64,000 nt of DNA from Sphyrna mokarran (taxonomy: Eukaryota): contig JAGIQG010000003.1 of NCBI GenBank assembly GCA_024679065.1, positions 28,272,001 through 28,336,000 on the forward strand, read 5' to 3'. The notes under the pieces are model-generated. The model made no database searches and was not told the origin of the DNA. It was given only the letters and a program-made list of their open reading frames with translations. Positions within the stretch are counted from its first letter, which is position 1; each line of letters starts with the position of its first letter. Below are positions 1 through 12,006 of this stretch, piece after piece. The position numbers and the translations under genes were made by a program.

Positions 1-244
1 TGAAAATGATTCCAATCCCTCAGTGTCCATATCATGTGAGACCACACAATGCACATATGTAAGTGTGTGCTCAATTCCCATATCTTTAGAGGAGTCATTT
101 TACCGTGGCTCACATTGCCAAAATAATAAGAAACCAAGTTCCTGCCATTACCTAAGGCATATTTTACTGCCTTTAAATTCCAATCAATAGCTTATTAGTG
201 TTAGCTGAAATTTTGAATAGTGTCATTTTACGTTGTTATAATTA

Positions 245-600
245 ATTCTTGGGATGTTAATATCACCAACTAGGCCAATATTCATTGCCCACTCCTAATT
301 GCCCTTGAGAAGATGAGCTGCCTTTTTGAACCAGTGCAGCCTCTGTGGTATGGGCAGATCCACAATGCTATTAGGGAGAAATCTCCAGGATTTAGACCCA
401 GTGACAGTAAAGGAACAGCAATATATTTCCAAGTCAGGATGTTGTATGGCTTGGAGGGAACTTCCAAGTGCAGATGTTCTCATATATCTGTTATGACGGC
501 GGCGCGGGCTCGTTGGGCCGAAGGGCCTGTTTCCCGTGCTGTGTTGCTCTAAAAAAAAAATCTGTTGCCCTTATGCCTCTAGATGGTAGATTATATAGAT
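245..600 (-). mobile_element. 3' end of the CR1-group LINE family seen at 49.3-53.7 kb, degenerate
   Basis: Reverse complement matches ~53420-53650 (ttcattgcccactcctaattgcccttgagaag...aaggaacagcaatatatttccaagtcaggatg). Confidence 0.75.
493..560 (+). mobile_element. Very short, young HER1/CR1 3'-tail insertion with poly(A) and TSD
   Basis: gggctcgttgggccgaagggcctgtttcc followed by A10; ATCTGTT repeated at 486-492 and 560-566; CpGs retained. Confidence 0.85.
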
Positions 601-1037
601 TATATGTTATCTTTCACAAAGTACTTTTGGTAACCCATTCCAAAATGTTGCTAATTGATTTCCAATTAACTGCTTATCCATTTATTAAATAGTTCATGCA
701 ATGAATATGAAAAATGTGCTTTTATCCTTTATCAGATATATTGGATTGGTGTATATTATTGTGAGATTATCATGCCATTGCATACTGGGAAGGTTTCTGA
801 TCAAATTTCTGCAGGATGGTCAGAAAAACATTTTTGAAGTGCTTAATAACCTGCTTTGGACCGCTCAAGGTCATGAAAGATGATTTTTTAAATGCAGGTT
901 TGCTCTTTCATCATTGCCTATGTTTTTTGTCTTTATGCTTAAATATAAACAAATCCATTTTGCTTTAACAGCACTTAAGCATAATTCAAAATATCTTTAT
1001 ATTCAAATATCAAAATATATATATAAATATCAAAATA

Positions 1038-1884
1038 CCTTGCAGAGAGACTTGGACAAGTTGCAGAGCTGGGCCGAGAGGTGGCAAATGGAGTTTAATG
1101 CGGAAAAGTGTGAGGTAATTCACTTTGGCAGGAATAACAAATGTGTAGAGTATAGGGCTAATGGTAGGACTCTTAATAGTGTTGAAGAACAGAGGGATCT
1201 TGGTGTATATGTGCATAGATCCCTGAAAGTTGGCAATCAAGTCGATAAGGTTGTTAAGAAGGCATACGGAGTCTTAGCTTTTATTGGTAGGGGGATTGAA
1301 TTTCGGAGCCGCAACGTCATGTTGCAACTGTACAAAACTCTAGTGCGGCCGCACTTGGAGTATTGTGTGCAGTTCTGGTCCCCACATTATAAGAAAGATG
1401 TGGAGGCATTGGAGAGGGTACAGAGGAGGTTTACCAGGATGTTGCCTGGTATGGAGGGCAGGTCTTATGAGGAGAGGCTGAGGGATTTGAGGTTGTTTTC
1501 GTTAGAAAGAAGGCGGCTAAGAGGAGACCTTATTGAAACATATAAGATGATTAGAGGTTTAGATAGGGTGGACAGTGATAGCCTTTTTCCTAGAATGGAG
1601 AAAGCTAGCACGAGGGGACATAGCTTTAAATTAAGGGGTGGTAGTTATAGGACGGATGTCAGAGGTAGGTTCTTTACCCAGAGGGTGGTAAGGGTATGGA
1701 ATGCCCTGCCTGCTGCAGTTGTAGATGCGCCAAGTTTGGTGGCGTTTAAGAGGTTAGTAGATAAGTTTATGGACGAAAAGGGAATGGTTTAGGTTAGAGG
1801 GTCATTGCTTTTTCCTAATTGGTCGGCGCAACATCGAAGGCTGAAGGGCCTGTTCTGAGCTGTAATGTTCTATGTTCTATGTTC
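1038..1884 (+). mobile_element. 5'-truncated young CR1/HER1 LINE (ORF2 C-terminus open to the stop at 1792)
   Basis: LQRDLDKLQSWAERWQMEFNAEKC, LYKTLVRPHLEYCVQFWSP, LFSLERRRLRGDLIE, TRGHSFKL; tail ctgaagggcctgttc...(TTCTATG)n. Confidence 0.97.
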
Positions 1885-1971
1885 TTCTGTGAGGAAAGAA
1901 ACAAAAATCCCAAAACATGAAAAACTCATTTCTCAAATGAAAAGTGATTTATGAGCGGCAGGCAAGAGAGT

Positions 1972-2310
1972 TTTTTTTAGTTCACTTATGAGATCAGGGG
2001 CTTTGCAGGCTAGGCTAGCATTTATTGTCCATCTCTAATTGCTTGAACTGAATGCCTTGTTCGATCATTTGAAAAGTCAATGACAATGATGTGGATTTGC
2101 AGTCACATGTAGACCAGATCAAGTAAGGATCACAGATTAGTGAACCAAATGGGTTTTTACAACAATTGTTTCCGGGTCATGATTAGACTTTTATTTCCAC
2201 ATTTTTATTAAACTCAGATCTCACCATCTGGATGGTGGGATTTGAACTCAGGTCCCAAGTGCATTACCCTGGGTCTCTGGATTATTAGTCCACTACACCA
2301 CCACATCCCC
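1972..2310 (-). mobile_element. tRNA-headed SINE, same family as 11605-11946
   Basis: Reverse complement shows a B-box-like motif (gggatttgaactc on +), body cacatgtagaccagatcaagtaaggat and tail gcatttattgtccatctctaattgc. Confidence 0.8.
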
Positions 2311-2339
2311 ATAGAGCACTAAGCAGGTTACAAAAGTGC

Positions 2340-4115
2340 ACTGGAGAGAGGGAGGCTTCACTTTCCAAGTGGGTGGGAAAGAGCGATAGAAGAGTGGGTG
2401 CAAGAACATAGAAACTGTAACATTATAGGAAAACCATGAGTTGATTTGTGGTGAGTATTGCTGCTTTGGGGCAGAGTCCAAACAACAATGAGTTTAAAAA
2501 CACTAAAAATATGAAATATTAATGATAAGTAAAAAGTGAATAACTGGTGATTCTTATATTTTTATCTTAAGTAAGGTTTATTACTATCGGTAAAAAATTG
2601 TTACTGTTGGTAAAGTTAGTATTGCCATTAGTAATTAGTTTGTTACTAGAAGTAAGGTTTATTAGTATTAATATGGTTGATTGATTTTTGAAAGATTTAT
2701 TGGTAATAGTAAGGTTTATTGATGGTGGTAAAATGTATTAATATTGACAAGGTTTATCAAGAGTGAGGTATATTATTGGTTACAATAAAATTTATTAGCA
2801 GAATAGGGGTGTATTGCGGTCGCAAGGTCAATAGAGGTTTATTAGTAGTGTTTATTGCAGTAGCAATGTTCATTAATCTTGCTCCAATCTCTAAGATGCA
2901 TAGTCTGTGTTGCATGGAAACCCCAAGATGCATTCTGTGTCCTAGATGACAAGTTATGAAGGAAGTATTGTAGCAGCTTAATCTCTGGTTTTTGGAATTT
3001 CAACAATAGTTGGCATCATGGCTGTCCATTTCAGAGATTGAGAGCTTTGTGAATAGCAAATTTACATGTATGGCCATTCTGCAGGGTAGGAATGTATAGG
3101 GAAAATTGTAATGGGTGACTACTGGAGAGTCAAGAGGAAATGAGCAAGAAGAGCTTGAGTCCCCTAAGTATTTCTCATTCTGCAACCAGTATCCAGTTCT
3201 GAATATAGATGAAAGTGATTATTCAACTGGGGAGTGTAGCCAGATCCAAATCCATAGGACCCACGGGCAGCTCAGCCATACAGTGGGCTACAAAAATGAC
3301 TGGAAGAGCTTTAGTAATGGAAGATTCAGTAGGTAGAGAAATAAATAATTTTATCTATGACCGGAGACATGAATCCTGGATGGTATGTTCCCTTCCCGAT
3401 GCCAGAGTCAAGTGTGTCACTGAACGGCTGCAGGACATCCTGAGAAGAAGGGCAAACAGCTGGTAGTAATGGTACAAATTGGTAGGAATGGCACAGAAAC
3501 AGAGTTGTGGTCCTGGAGCCAGAATTTAGAGATCAGAAATTAGTAAGCAGGATTTCTAAGTTGTTCAGATGCCCAAGTATAGAAATAGGAGGATAGTGAA
3601 GATAAATGCGTGGCTGGAAAGATGGATGTTGGGATTGGTTTTGGGGTAATGGGACCTCTACAGGTTGGATGCACCTAAATGGAGTCAGGATTGAGATCCT
3701 TATGCATCAAATTGTTACTGCTGTTGGGAAGAGTTTAAACAATATTGACAGGGATGTGGGCACCAAGAGAAATACCAAGATGCACAGAATACTGAGAGAG
3801 ATAGATAGCACTAGAGTAGGGAATAATAAGTTATTAGATGAGGTCAGAGCAAGGGAAATGATTATGGAGAACATTTCAGTGCTGGAGAGAAAGGATGTCC
3901 CAGAGGGGTCAAGGACTGAAATCTATTTGGCTATTGCTAAGAAACCAAAGAGATGCAATTACATTGCTTGGCATGGTTTAAAGGCTGCCAACCAGTGGGA
4001 AAGATGTAAATGAACAAATTTGCAAGGAAATTGCATGGAAGAGTAAGAAGTAGAGAGTAGTTAAAATGGAGGACTTTAATTGTCTGAATATAGATTGGGA
4101 TAGTCTCAATGTGAG
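2340..4115 (+). mobile_element. Old CR1 5' portion: 5' UTR, ORF1 (SGNH/esterase-like) and start of ORF2
   Basis: ALVMEDSVGR...MVCSLPDARVKCVTERLQDIL matches CR1 ORF1 esterase; ggactttaat (GDFN-like) near 4070; many stops and frameshifts. Confidence 0.8.
2565..2875. repeat. Degenerate ~17-19 bp minisatellite (approx. TAGTAAGGTTTATT units)
   Basis: Recurrent gtaaggtttatt / ggtttatt / tttattag motifs at regular spacing. Confidence 0.55.
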
Positions 4116-5117
4116 ATATATTTTATATTATAATAATTTATATACCTCTATATCTGGATCAGAATTTGATATGGCAACTGATCCCAGTTTGACAAAATTA
4201 AATTGAAATGTTATTAGTCTTTATTTGTGGTAGTTGTTGTTTGCAGATTGAATACTACCTAGAAAAGAAAATTAATTCCTTTAGTTTTGTGTGGGTTCCT
4301 GACGGTTAACGTTTTATACCTGCTTGTGTTTGGATGAATCAGTTCATCATTATTGGAAACATTTGAAAAATATGAACTTATTTTAATGCTGCAGGAAAAT
4401 TTAAAAGTCTCTCACACACATTTAACATAATACATGTTTTATGCTAACCTTCTGCTTATGCAAATAGATTTTTATTTACTTTAATTGGAAACAATGGCAG
4501 TCGATATTTTCTCACTCAGACTATTGAGAAAGAAATAAGGTTTGCCATTCCTGAATGCTCTAGTTGCTGATGGTGTCCATTGCTGTCAATATAAAGTTTT
4601 CAGTAAGTTATTTCAGAATTATACAAACCTCTTCAAAGCTAAGTTTCAATGTAACAGTTCAAACTGAATGTGAATTGTTTAGACATCTTGAATACTCAAT
4701 TAGAACTCATTTGATTTTGTGTCCACATACATTAATGTGTAGTACATATTTGTCATGCATGCTGTGCATGTTTGTTGCTTTCTAAATCAAGCCAGTAATG
4801 ATGTGAATAAGCATGTCCCTTGGTGGTAGATGAGAGCAAATTCATCAACCTTTTGAATACTGAATGGTTTCTGCAGCTGGCACAATTTGCATCATGGAAC
4901 ATCTGCAAAAAAATGATTTTCTGAGCATTCTTTCTCCCCAGTGTTATGTGAAATGCACAGAGTCATGTTTGGTTTGAATACAAGCTTCCACAATAGATTA
5001 ACCTTGATCACAGGCACCTGACTTCCTGCTATGATTGGCTTGAACAATTCCATACATGAGCCTTAACAGATAACAAGGTTCACAAGCCTGTTAAAATGAA
5101 TGTATTCAAATTATAAG

Positions 5118-5672
5118 GGGGGGGGGAAATTTTGTACACGCTGGTGCCTGCTGCAAAGTGGATGGCATATCTGGAACATGTCCCTGAAGATTGCAACCTG
5201 AACCATAGTCCAAATTGGCCCTCAAGTTTCATTTCCGTAATGCTAGTGAGCTGTAGATGCCAATTGGCTGACCTGATGCAACTCACATGTTGAAGGATTC
5301 CTAAAATCCTGCAGTTTGGATGCTAAACTAACCCATAGATAAATTCTGGTAGGACAACAAAATGACAATATCAGTGTACATTGTCATAGTGGAGCCCAAA
5401 GGAACATTCCTGATTCTCCTGGCTCCACATTCAGCAAGTGAAAAAAACAAACGTCTGTCGTTCAGTGACCTCCAATGACCCCTTTATAGAAATATTTTGC
5501 CCAGTTTTTGTCCAATTTGGCATTGAGGTCTTAAAACATGTGTAATGCCCAATTAACTTACTTAAGGAGAACTGATGTGGGATGGCACCCTGGATACTTG
5601 GAAATCACTGGTTGCCTATTTTGCACAAATCCTACTTCCAGAAATGATTCCCCAAAACACGAAAATTCCACT
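5118..5672. mobile_element. Old non-autonomous TIR element (Harbinger-MITE-like)
   Basis: ggggaaattttgt at the left and cgaaaattccact at the right form imperfect inverted ends. Confidence 0.4.
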
Positions 5673-5749
5673 AAAAAGCAGACATGTTGGGGCTAATGAT
5701 CAGCAAATCAAGTAGAAATCAAATGGGGAGAACTTAAGTAACATAACAC

Positions 5750-6815
5750 CATATCAGGCAGTGCCATGCAGACTATTGATTCTCTGGGAGGAAGCAATGA
5801 GTCATGCACATTTCTTCAATGATAACAATGGTTAAGTGGCACTACATGAACAAATTTCTCCCCAAAATATATTTAACTGGGTAGAGGAGTAACATAGTTA
5901 TATATAAAAGAAGGGATAGATGTCATATCAGAAGGCAAAGATTCACTATTTCAATATTATTCTACATTAAAGAAGGAACAGAGAACTAAATTGTGGGTCT
6001 GTTTATATGAATTGTAGTGCAACTGTCTCAAATAGATGTCAGCATAGGCATATGTAATTCATGGAGGTCATCTACTTTGGACCTAAAAATGGAACAGAAT
6101 ACTTTCTAAACAATCAGCAGCTAGCAACCACGGTGGACCAAATGGTGGTCCAAGTAAGCAATTCACAAAAATGTCATGAAAAGCACAGAAAATAATCCAA
6201 AAGGCTAATGGAGTGCTGACCTTTGTGTCTAGAAGAATAGAATGCAATGTGTGGTATTTTACAAGATCTGAGCCTTTTGTTATAATGTCCTCTCTGCTGC
6301 CTTCTCTGTTGGGAGGTGTAAATTCAGTATATTGAATATGACTGCTTGCAGTTAGGCATATGTTAGTCTTACTCAATGCAATACACAACACAAAAGGATA
6401 GAAGTGGAGGTCACACTTCAGCCATACAGAGGCCTGGTCAGAGTACACCTATAGAAGTTCCAGATACCTGATGTCTCAACTCTAAGGATGGATAACATAG
6501 ACTCAAGTTGTACTCCCTGAAATTTAGAAAGTTAAGGGGTGATTTAATTAAAGTTTTTAACATATTGAGAAACTATTTCTATTGTTTGTGGAGTCTAGGA
6601 TGAGAAGACATGGTCAAAAAAATTAAAACTAAATCCTTTAGGATTGGAATTAGGAACTTCACATGAAGGGTGCTGGAAGTTTGGAACTTTTCCACAAATG
6701 GCGATTGATGGCTGATCAACTCTTAATTTTGATACTGTGGTTAATATATTTTCATTAGGCAAAGATATCAAAGGATATAGGACAAAGACAGATAGATAGT
6801 TTTAGATCACAGTTC
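5750..6815 (+). mobile_element. Old CR1 3' fragment, heavily decayed
   Basis: Remnants aaggctaatggagtgctgacc and gaaatttagaaagttaaggggtgatttaatt (LRGDLI-like). Confidence 0.7.
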
Positions 6816-6946
6816 ATTTGCCCACTCTGCTTGTTTATAACGTTGATTGAATTTTACAACAGCATTGGCTTCAAAAGATAAAATAGAACAAAACTAATTC
6901 GATTGCTTTTTCGTTGCAAATGTTATACTAGATGTTACGCTAGTAA

Positions 6947-7213
6947 GGTGGTACGGTACCACAGTGTTTAGCACTGCTGTTTCACAGCATCAGGGACCTG
7001 GGTTCAATTCCCAGTTTGAGTCACTGTCTGTGTGGAGTTCTGTCTACGTGGATTTCCTCCGGGTGTTCTGCGGTTTCCTCCCACATTCTGAAAGACGTGC
7101 TCATTAGGGGCATTGACCCGAACAGGCGCCAGTCTGTGGCGACAAGGGGAATGTCACAAAAACTTAATTGCAGTGTTAATGTAAGCCTTACTTGTGACTA
7201 GTAAATTAACTTT
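6947..7213 (+). mobile_element. tRNA-derived V-domain SINE with a non-HER1 tail
   Basis: Head tagcactgctgtttcacagcatcagggacctgggttcaattccc; V-domain gtgtggagtt...ggtttcctcccaca; tail gcagtgttaatgtaagccttacttgtgac. Confidence 0.85.
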
Positions 7214-7544
7214 ATACTGTTAAGAAACAAGGCTTAAATTATTTGTATTGTATTTGCCTTAGAAAATACATTCAGTGAATGTTACAGTGGCTGAAATAGT
7301 GAATACAAATATTTAGAAGAGAGTGTTTCTATCTGAATGCTTATTGTTATTTCTCATGATGTAACAATATGTTTGCTACTGATAGTATGCTGATCACAAA
7401 AAACCTTTTATACTTTAAACTTTAATAGCCATTTGGAAGAAATACTTGTTCTTTTAGGGTGATAACAGTTTTAAATCAGGTTTTATTGTTCTCAGAGAGG
7501 AACATTCTCACATTGGAATATAGTTCCACTGTTGCTGATAACTC

Positions 7545-7846
7545 TTTTGACCCTTGCCCAAGTGGTCGTTCGTTAAATTAGTCTGAAAAGTATGAGCAGC
7601 CATTGTGACCAGAAAAGCATCAAAACGGAGGCTGGTTCTTACCCATTGCAACAGCTGATAGTAATCAGGCGTAGGAACCTTGGATGATTCCTCCCCCTCT
7701 CTAATTCAGGATTGCTAAAGCCAATTGTCAAACTCCTCAACCTCAGGCGACATCAGCTAAAATAAACCGATTTAGCATCGACCAAGGATTAATCTGGGAT
7801 TTTGTTGGTTTATACGCATTCTGTACTTCATTTATCCACTGAACTA
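7545..7846 (-). mobile_element. Old tRNA-headed SINE, family uncertain
   Basis: Reverse complement begins tagttcagtgg (A-box-like); body ttagctgatgtcgcc...caattggc...agggggaggaatcatccaaggttcct. Confidence 0.5.
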
Positions 7847-8172
7847 TGAAGGAAACACCTAGACCTTGAATTGAAGTTAAAAATTCTATTTTATCTAGTT
7901 CAGAAAAATCAATACCTACGTGGAGTAAAAGAAGTCCAAGGATCACAGTACTATCGCCTCAAATCAAAAAGGACAATGAGATTTTTTTTATATTGGGAAT
8001 AACTATTAAGAAGGTTCCTTTTATTTCTGTAATTCCACCTTAAATAATTCACATCAGGCTGAGTGCTGTTTCTATAAATACAAGTATGCATAAGATATTT
8101 TTACTGATGTATTTAAATGAACTGACACCATGATGCAGAGATATTTCAAGCAGAATTGACATGAGAAATCTT

Positions 8173-8785
8173 GGGGTGAAATTGGTCCATGGTAGCAGTG
8201 CAAACCAATCTCCCATCCATTGACTCTGTCTACACTGACTGCTGCCTCAGAAAAGCAGCTGCATAATTAAGGACCCCGCACATTCTCTCTTCCACTTTCT
8301 TCTATCAGGAAAAAGATACAAAAGTCTGAGGTCACGTACCAATCGACTCAAGAACAGCTTCTTCCCTGCTGCCATTACACTTTTGAATGGACGGACCTCG
8401 TGTTAAGTTGATCTTTCTTCATACTGTAATTATAACTGTAACAATATATTCTGCATCCTCTCCTTTCCTTCTCTATCTACAGTATACGTGCAAGAAACAA
8501 TACTTTTCACTGTATACATTTGACAATAATAAATCAAATCATCTCAAAGCAGGCTCAAAGAGAATTGGAGCATGAACGCTTTTTATTGATATTCACGTAA
8601 TGAAGTTCAAATTCATTTTCATTTTGGGACATTTGCTTTCTATTCTCACTGTCACTTTTGTTTGAAATTGAAAGTCCTGACAAGGCTTTCCAAATCAATG
8701 GCAAATAAAAACTGCTGCAGTGAAAAATTGGGTGCTGCTTTGCTACAAGTCTGTTTTGTGCTGCTATTGTAGACTAATTTCACCA
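8173..8785. mobile_element. MITE interrupted by a Rex1 3' end
   Basis: TIR ggtgaaattggtc ... gactaatttcacc. Confidence 0.6.
8203..8542 (+). mobile_element. Rex1/Babar LINE 3' end
   Basis: cgactcaagaacagcttcttccc (RLKNSFFP); tail gacaataataaatcaaatc; homologous to the minus-strand 20617-20960. Confidence 0.85.
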
Positions 8786-8804
8786 TGCAATGTCTGACAC
8801 ACTA

Positions 8805-9683
8805 GGGCGCGATTTTCCCAGCCTGCTGCACTGCTTGGGTAGCGCAACGGGGTAGGAAATGTCAATGGGGGGACTGTCACACAATTTGCAATGGGCGCCT
8901 GCCAGTCATGACTTTCTCAGGCTATTTTTTATGACTTAATCAGCTTCACGTCAGAAATCAGTGCAAGGCTAATTAGAATATTTAAATCTCAATTTCAACA
9001 TTATTAACGAGCCTGAGATGGTATTGATCAGGCTTCCTCAAGATTTCCCCCTCCCACCAGGCTGGGAAAGGTTCCCAGCAGGGATTAAGGCTGATCTCCA
9101 TCAATAGGAACCAGGCGTGATGATCTCATTGGTGAGGGCAGAGGTCATAGGAAGTTGGGGTCAGGGCATGCCCAAGGAAATGGGGCCTGAGAGTTTGGAC
9201 CAAATGGGTGGTGGGAGGGACTGCTGCGTACGCTGCATTAAGGATCATGGGAGAGGGGACAATCAGGGCTGGCCATGGGAGGGGGCTGGGGCTGGCTATG
9301 GTGGGTAGAGGTCAGGCGAGCCAATGGGATGGGTTCAGTAGGCAATTGGAACTCACCTGGGAAGCTGGGGTGTGGGAAAGGCCGGTGATCAGTGGTGGAC
9401 TGCTGGGGAAGACATTGGGAAGCCAGCGATCTGGAGGCTGGCAATGAGGGGCTAGTACATATGCACTGATCTCTTTACTGACAGATTGGCACATGCACAG
9501 TGGCCTGCTCAGCATTATGCTGCTGGCCTCTTGGCAGAATTAGGCTCCCTGCCAGCCCATCACTAACATGAATCCACTGGCAGACTCTGTGAAGGATAGG
9601 GTGCCGGAAAAGCAACAGACTAAGTATGCTCATGTTTTCCCACCTGTTGGGCACTTAGTTCCTTTTGTGGGAAAATCACCCCC
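8805..9683. mobile_element. Harbinger-type MITE (reverse orientation of 23284-23882)
   Basis: TIR gggcgcgattttccc ... gggaaaatcaccccc; subterminal sequences match 23284-23882 in reverse complement. Confidence 0.75.
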
Positions 9684-10738
9684 ATACCACTAGACAGTAA
9701 GCATCATAAATGATTAATTTGATATGCTCATTTCCTTCGATCATTATTCAGAACTCAGCCTAATATTTTGGTAGGTTGGCAGTCAATCAAGGAAGCTTTT
9801 GGCAGCTTAATGTGTAACAAATTATAAATATGATAGCATATATGAATTAATCTTCTACATTCTGCAGCTTGTTTTCTTCAAACTAATACTTAATTGTAAT
9901 CCAATTATTGTTTGTACTTTTTGGAATGGGAACATTTGCAAGAATATGCTGAATGTACACGTGTGTATGTTGTAGAAAAGAAATTTATTATTAAGATGAT
10001 TCTTAGTTGATTTTGTAACCCAGACTTTTTTTAGCAGAGGTAAGCCAGATCAGAAGTTGGATGGTGTGACAACAGCACCCATTCAATCCATAATGTGCTT
10101 CATCAATGTATATTTTTAGAATCAGTGTCATTTGAATAATGAGCTCCAGTAAATTGGGAATTTGCCCATGGCAGTCAAACATTTTATATGAATACAGAAT
10201 TTAAAGTTATTTGCTGTTTATAAGGACAAGCATCATGATTTGGAATATTGTAAGCTAATCCAGAAAAGTCAATAATCCAGATTTTTCCGGTCAGTGGTGT
10301 TTGCCGTTCAGTTCAAGAAAAGCCATCATTAAAGATTTATTGGGCTCTACAGCACAGACTTCCTCTTTTCAGTGTAATTTTGAATCTACACATTCATCAG
10401 CATATTATTTATCTGGTACAAACACACTTCTTTTGCTTCATTTAATCTTTATCGCCATCATCAAACTTTGGATTTGTTTCTCTATCTTCCCTTTGGGGGA
10501 ACATACTATGACTATACTTCCAACATCTCTTTTTTAAATGCCTGCTAACCCTTGTTTCTAATTTATCTGGACCAGAACCATTCTTACTCCATTGTAGTTG
10601 GCATTCCCCCAATTAATTATTTTTACTCTGGATTGCTACTTATTCTTTGCCATAGCCATCTAAACTTTATAAGACATTGATCACTGTCCGTTGAGTGTTC
10701 CTCTCCTGATCTATTTAGCCTGCCTCGTTCCCAAGAAC

Positions 10739-10848
10739 TCAGTAAAGGTTTACAACACCAATTTTAAATCCAACCAATTTATTTGACCAATTTATTCGTC
10801 ATTTGCCTGACGAAGGCCATAGAGTCGAAAGCTCGCGAATTTACTATC
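10739..10848. mobile_element. Penelope-like pseudo-LTR fragment with an inverted segment
   Basis: cagtaaaggtttacaacaccaattttaaatccaaccaatttatttga followed by an inverted ribozyme-bearing segment; same family as 36.1 kb and 63.3 kb. Confidence 0.8.
10801..10840 (+). ncRNA. Minimal type I hammerhead ribozyme motif
   Basis: ATTTGC-CTGACGA-A-GGC cataga GTC-GAAA-GC-TC-GCGAAT: stem I, CUGANGA, stem II, GAAA and UC cleavage site. Confidence 0.8.
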
Positions 10849-11144
10849 GGGAAGCGGGGCTGACCAACAATTGGAAGGCCAACAATGTGGGGCCACTGTA
10901 TATGCACCAATCTTGACGCTGACAGATCAATGCCTGCAAAGTGATCAGCTCAGCGCGGATTTCAGCCTTTCCGGTGGGAAACAGGTCCCGCTCTTGAAAT
11001 TTAATGATATTCACATTGGTGGTCTCTGCAGTGCAAAGTGTGTGGGAGATTCTTCTCTGAATTCCCACTGAAAAAAATAGTGTGAATTACTACAGTTTTC
11101 ATGTAAATTCAACACTTAGAATGTTTTTGGGAGAATTCAGACCA
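10849..11144. mobile_element. One end of the Harbinger MITE family (cf. 51953-52847 and 47330-47480)
   Basis: ctgcagtgca...gaattcccactgaaaaa...tgggagaattc; reverse complement of ~51953-52200. Confidence 0.8.
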
Positions 11145-11604
11145 CTGATGCAGAAAATTCTCCTGAACGTACTCCAGGGACTTTGCTCCTCTCTGCCCTT
11201 CACATTACAACTATCACAGACTATATTCACATAATTAAAGTCTTGCATTATAACTACTCAATAATTGTTACACTTCTCCAATTTCCTTGCAAATTTGTTC
11301 CAATACATCTTTCCTACTAGTTGGTGGCTGATGGATTACATTGAGCAATGTAATTGCAATCTTTTTGTTCCTTAGTATTAGCCAGAATAGATTCAGTCCT
11401 TGATACCTCTGGGATATCACCTCTCTCTCCAGCACTGTTTTCCTTAATCAATGTTGAAACATCTTCTCATTCCTTTCCTTCCAATTCTACCTTTCCTGAA
11501 AACTTTCCATCTAGGAATATTTAATATCAAGTCTTATCCTTTATTGAGCCAGGTCACTGTTATAGCCGCAACATCATTTTTCTCCATGGTTATTTGCTTC
11601 TTCA

Positions 11605-11946
11605 GGGGAAGCAATGGCCTAATAGTATTATTGCTAGACTATTATCCCAGAAACTCAGCTAATGTTCTGGGGACCTGGGTTTGAATCCCACCACGTAGAT
11701 GGTAGAATTTAAATTTAATAAAAAGTATCTGGAATTAAGAATCTACTAATGACAATGAAACCATTGTTAATTGAAAAATCCATCTGATTTGCTGGTGTCC
11801 TTTAGGGGAGGAAATCTGCCTTCCTTACCTGATCTGGCCTACATGTGACTCCAGAGCCACAGCAATGTAGTTGATTCTGAACTGCCCTCAGGCAACTAGG
11901 AATAGACAATAAGTGATGTCCATGTCACAGGAATAGATAAAAAAAA
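11605..11946 (+). mobile_element. tRNA-headed SINE, central domain resembling the Meta/SlmI type
   Basis: A-box-like tggcctaatag, B-box-like ggtttgaatccc, body ggaaatctgccttccttacctgatctggcctacatgtgactccag, A-rich tail. Confidence 0.85.
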
Positions 11947-12006
11947 CTCAGCAATCTTATTTACATACTCTGCTGATTTAGATATATGCTCTCCAATGTA
12001 GATTTA

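Noticed and set aside
914-1037. N-terminal part of the 292-aa ORF as a host-LINE fusion protein
   Set aside because: It is AT-rich flank that happens to be in frame, starts at a TTG codon and has no protein-like features; similarity begins at LQRDLD.
6947-7015. tRNA genes at SINE heads (also 11605, 34048, 35062)
   Set aside because: The A/B boxes run directly into SINE bodies and no full cloverleaf is evident.
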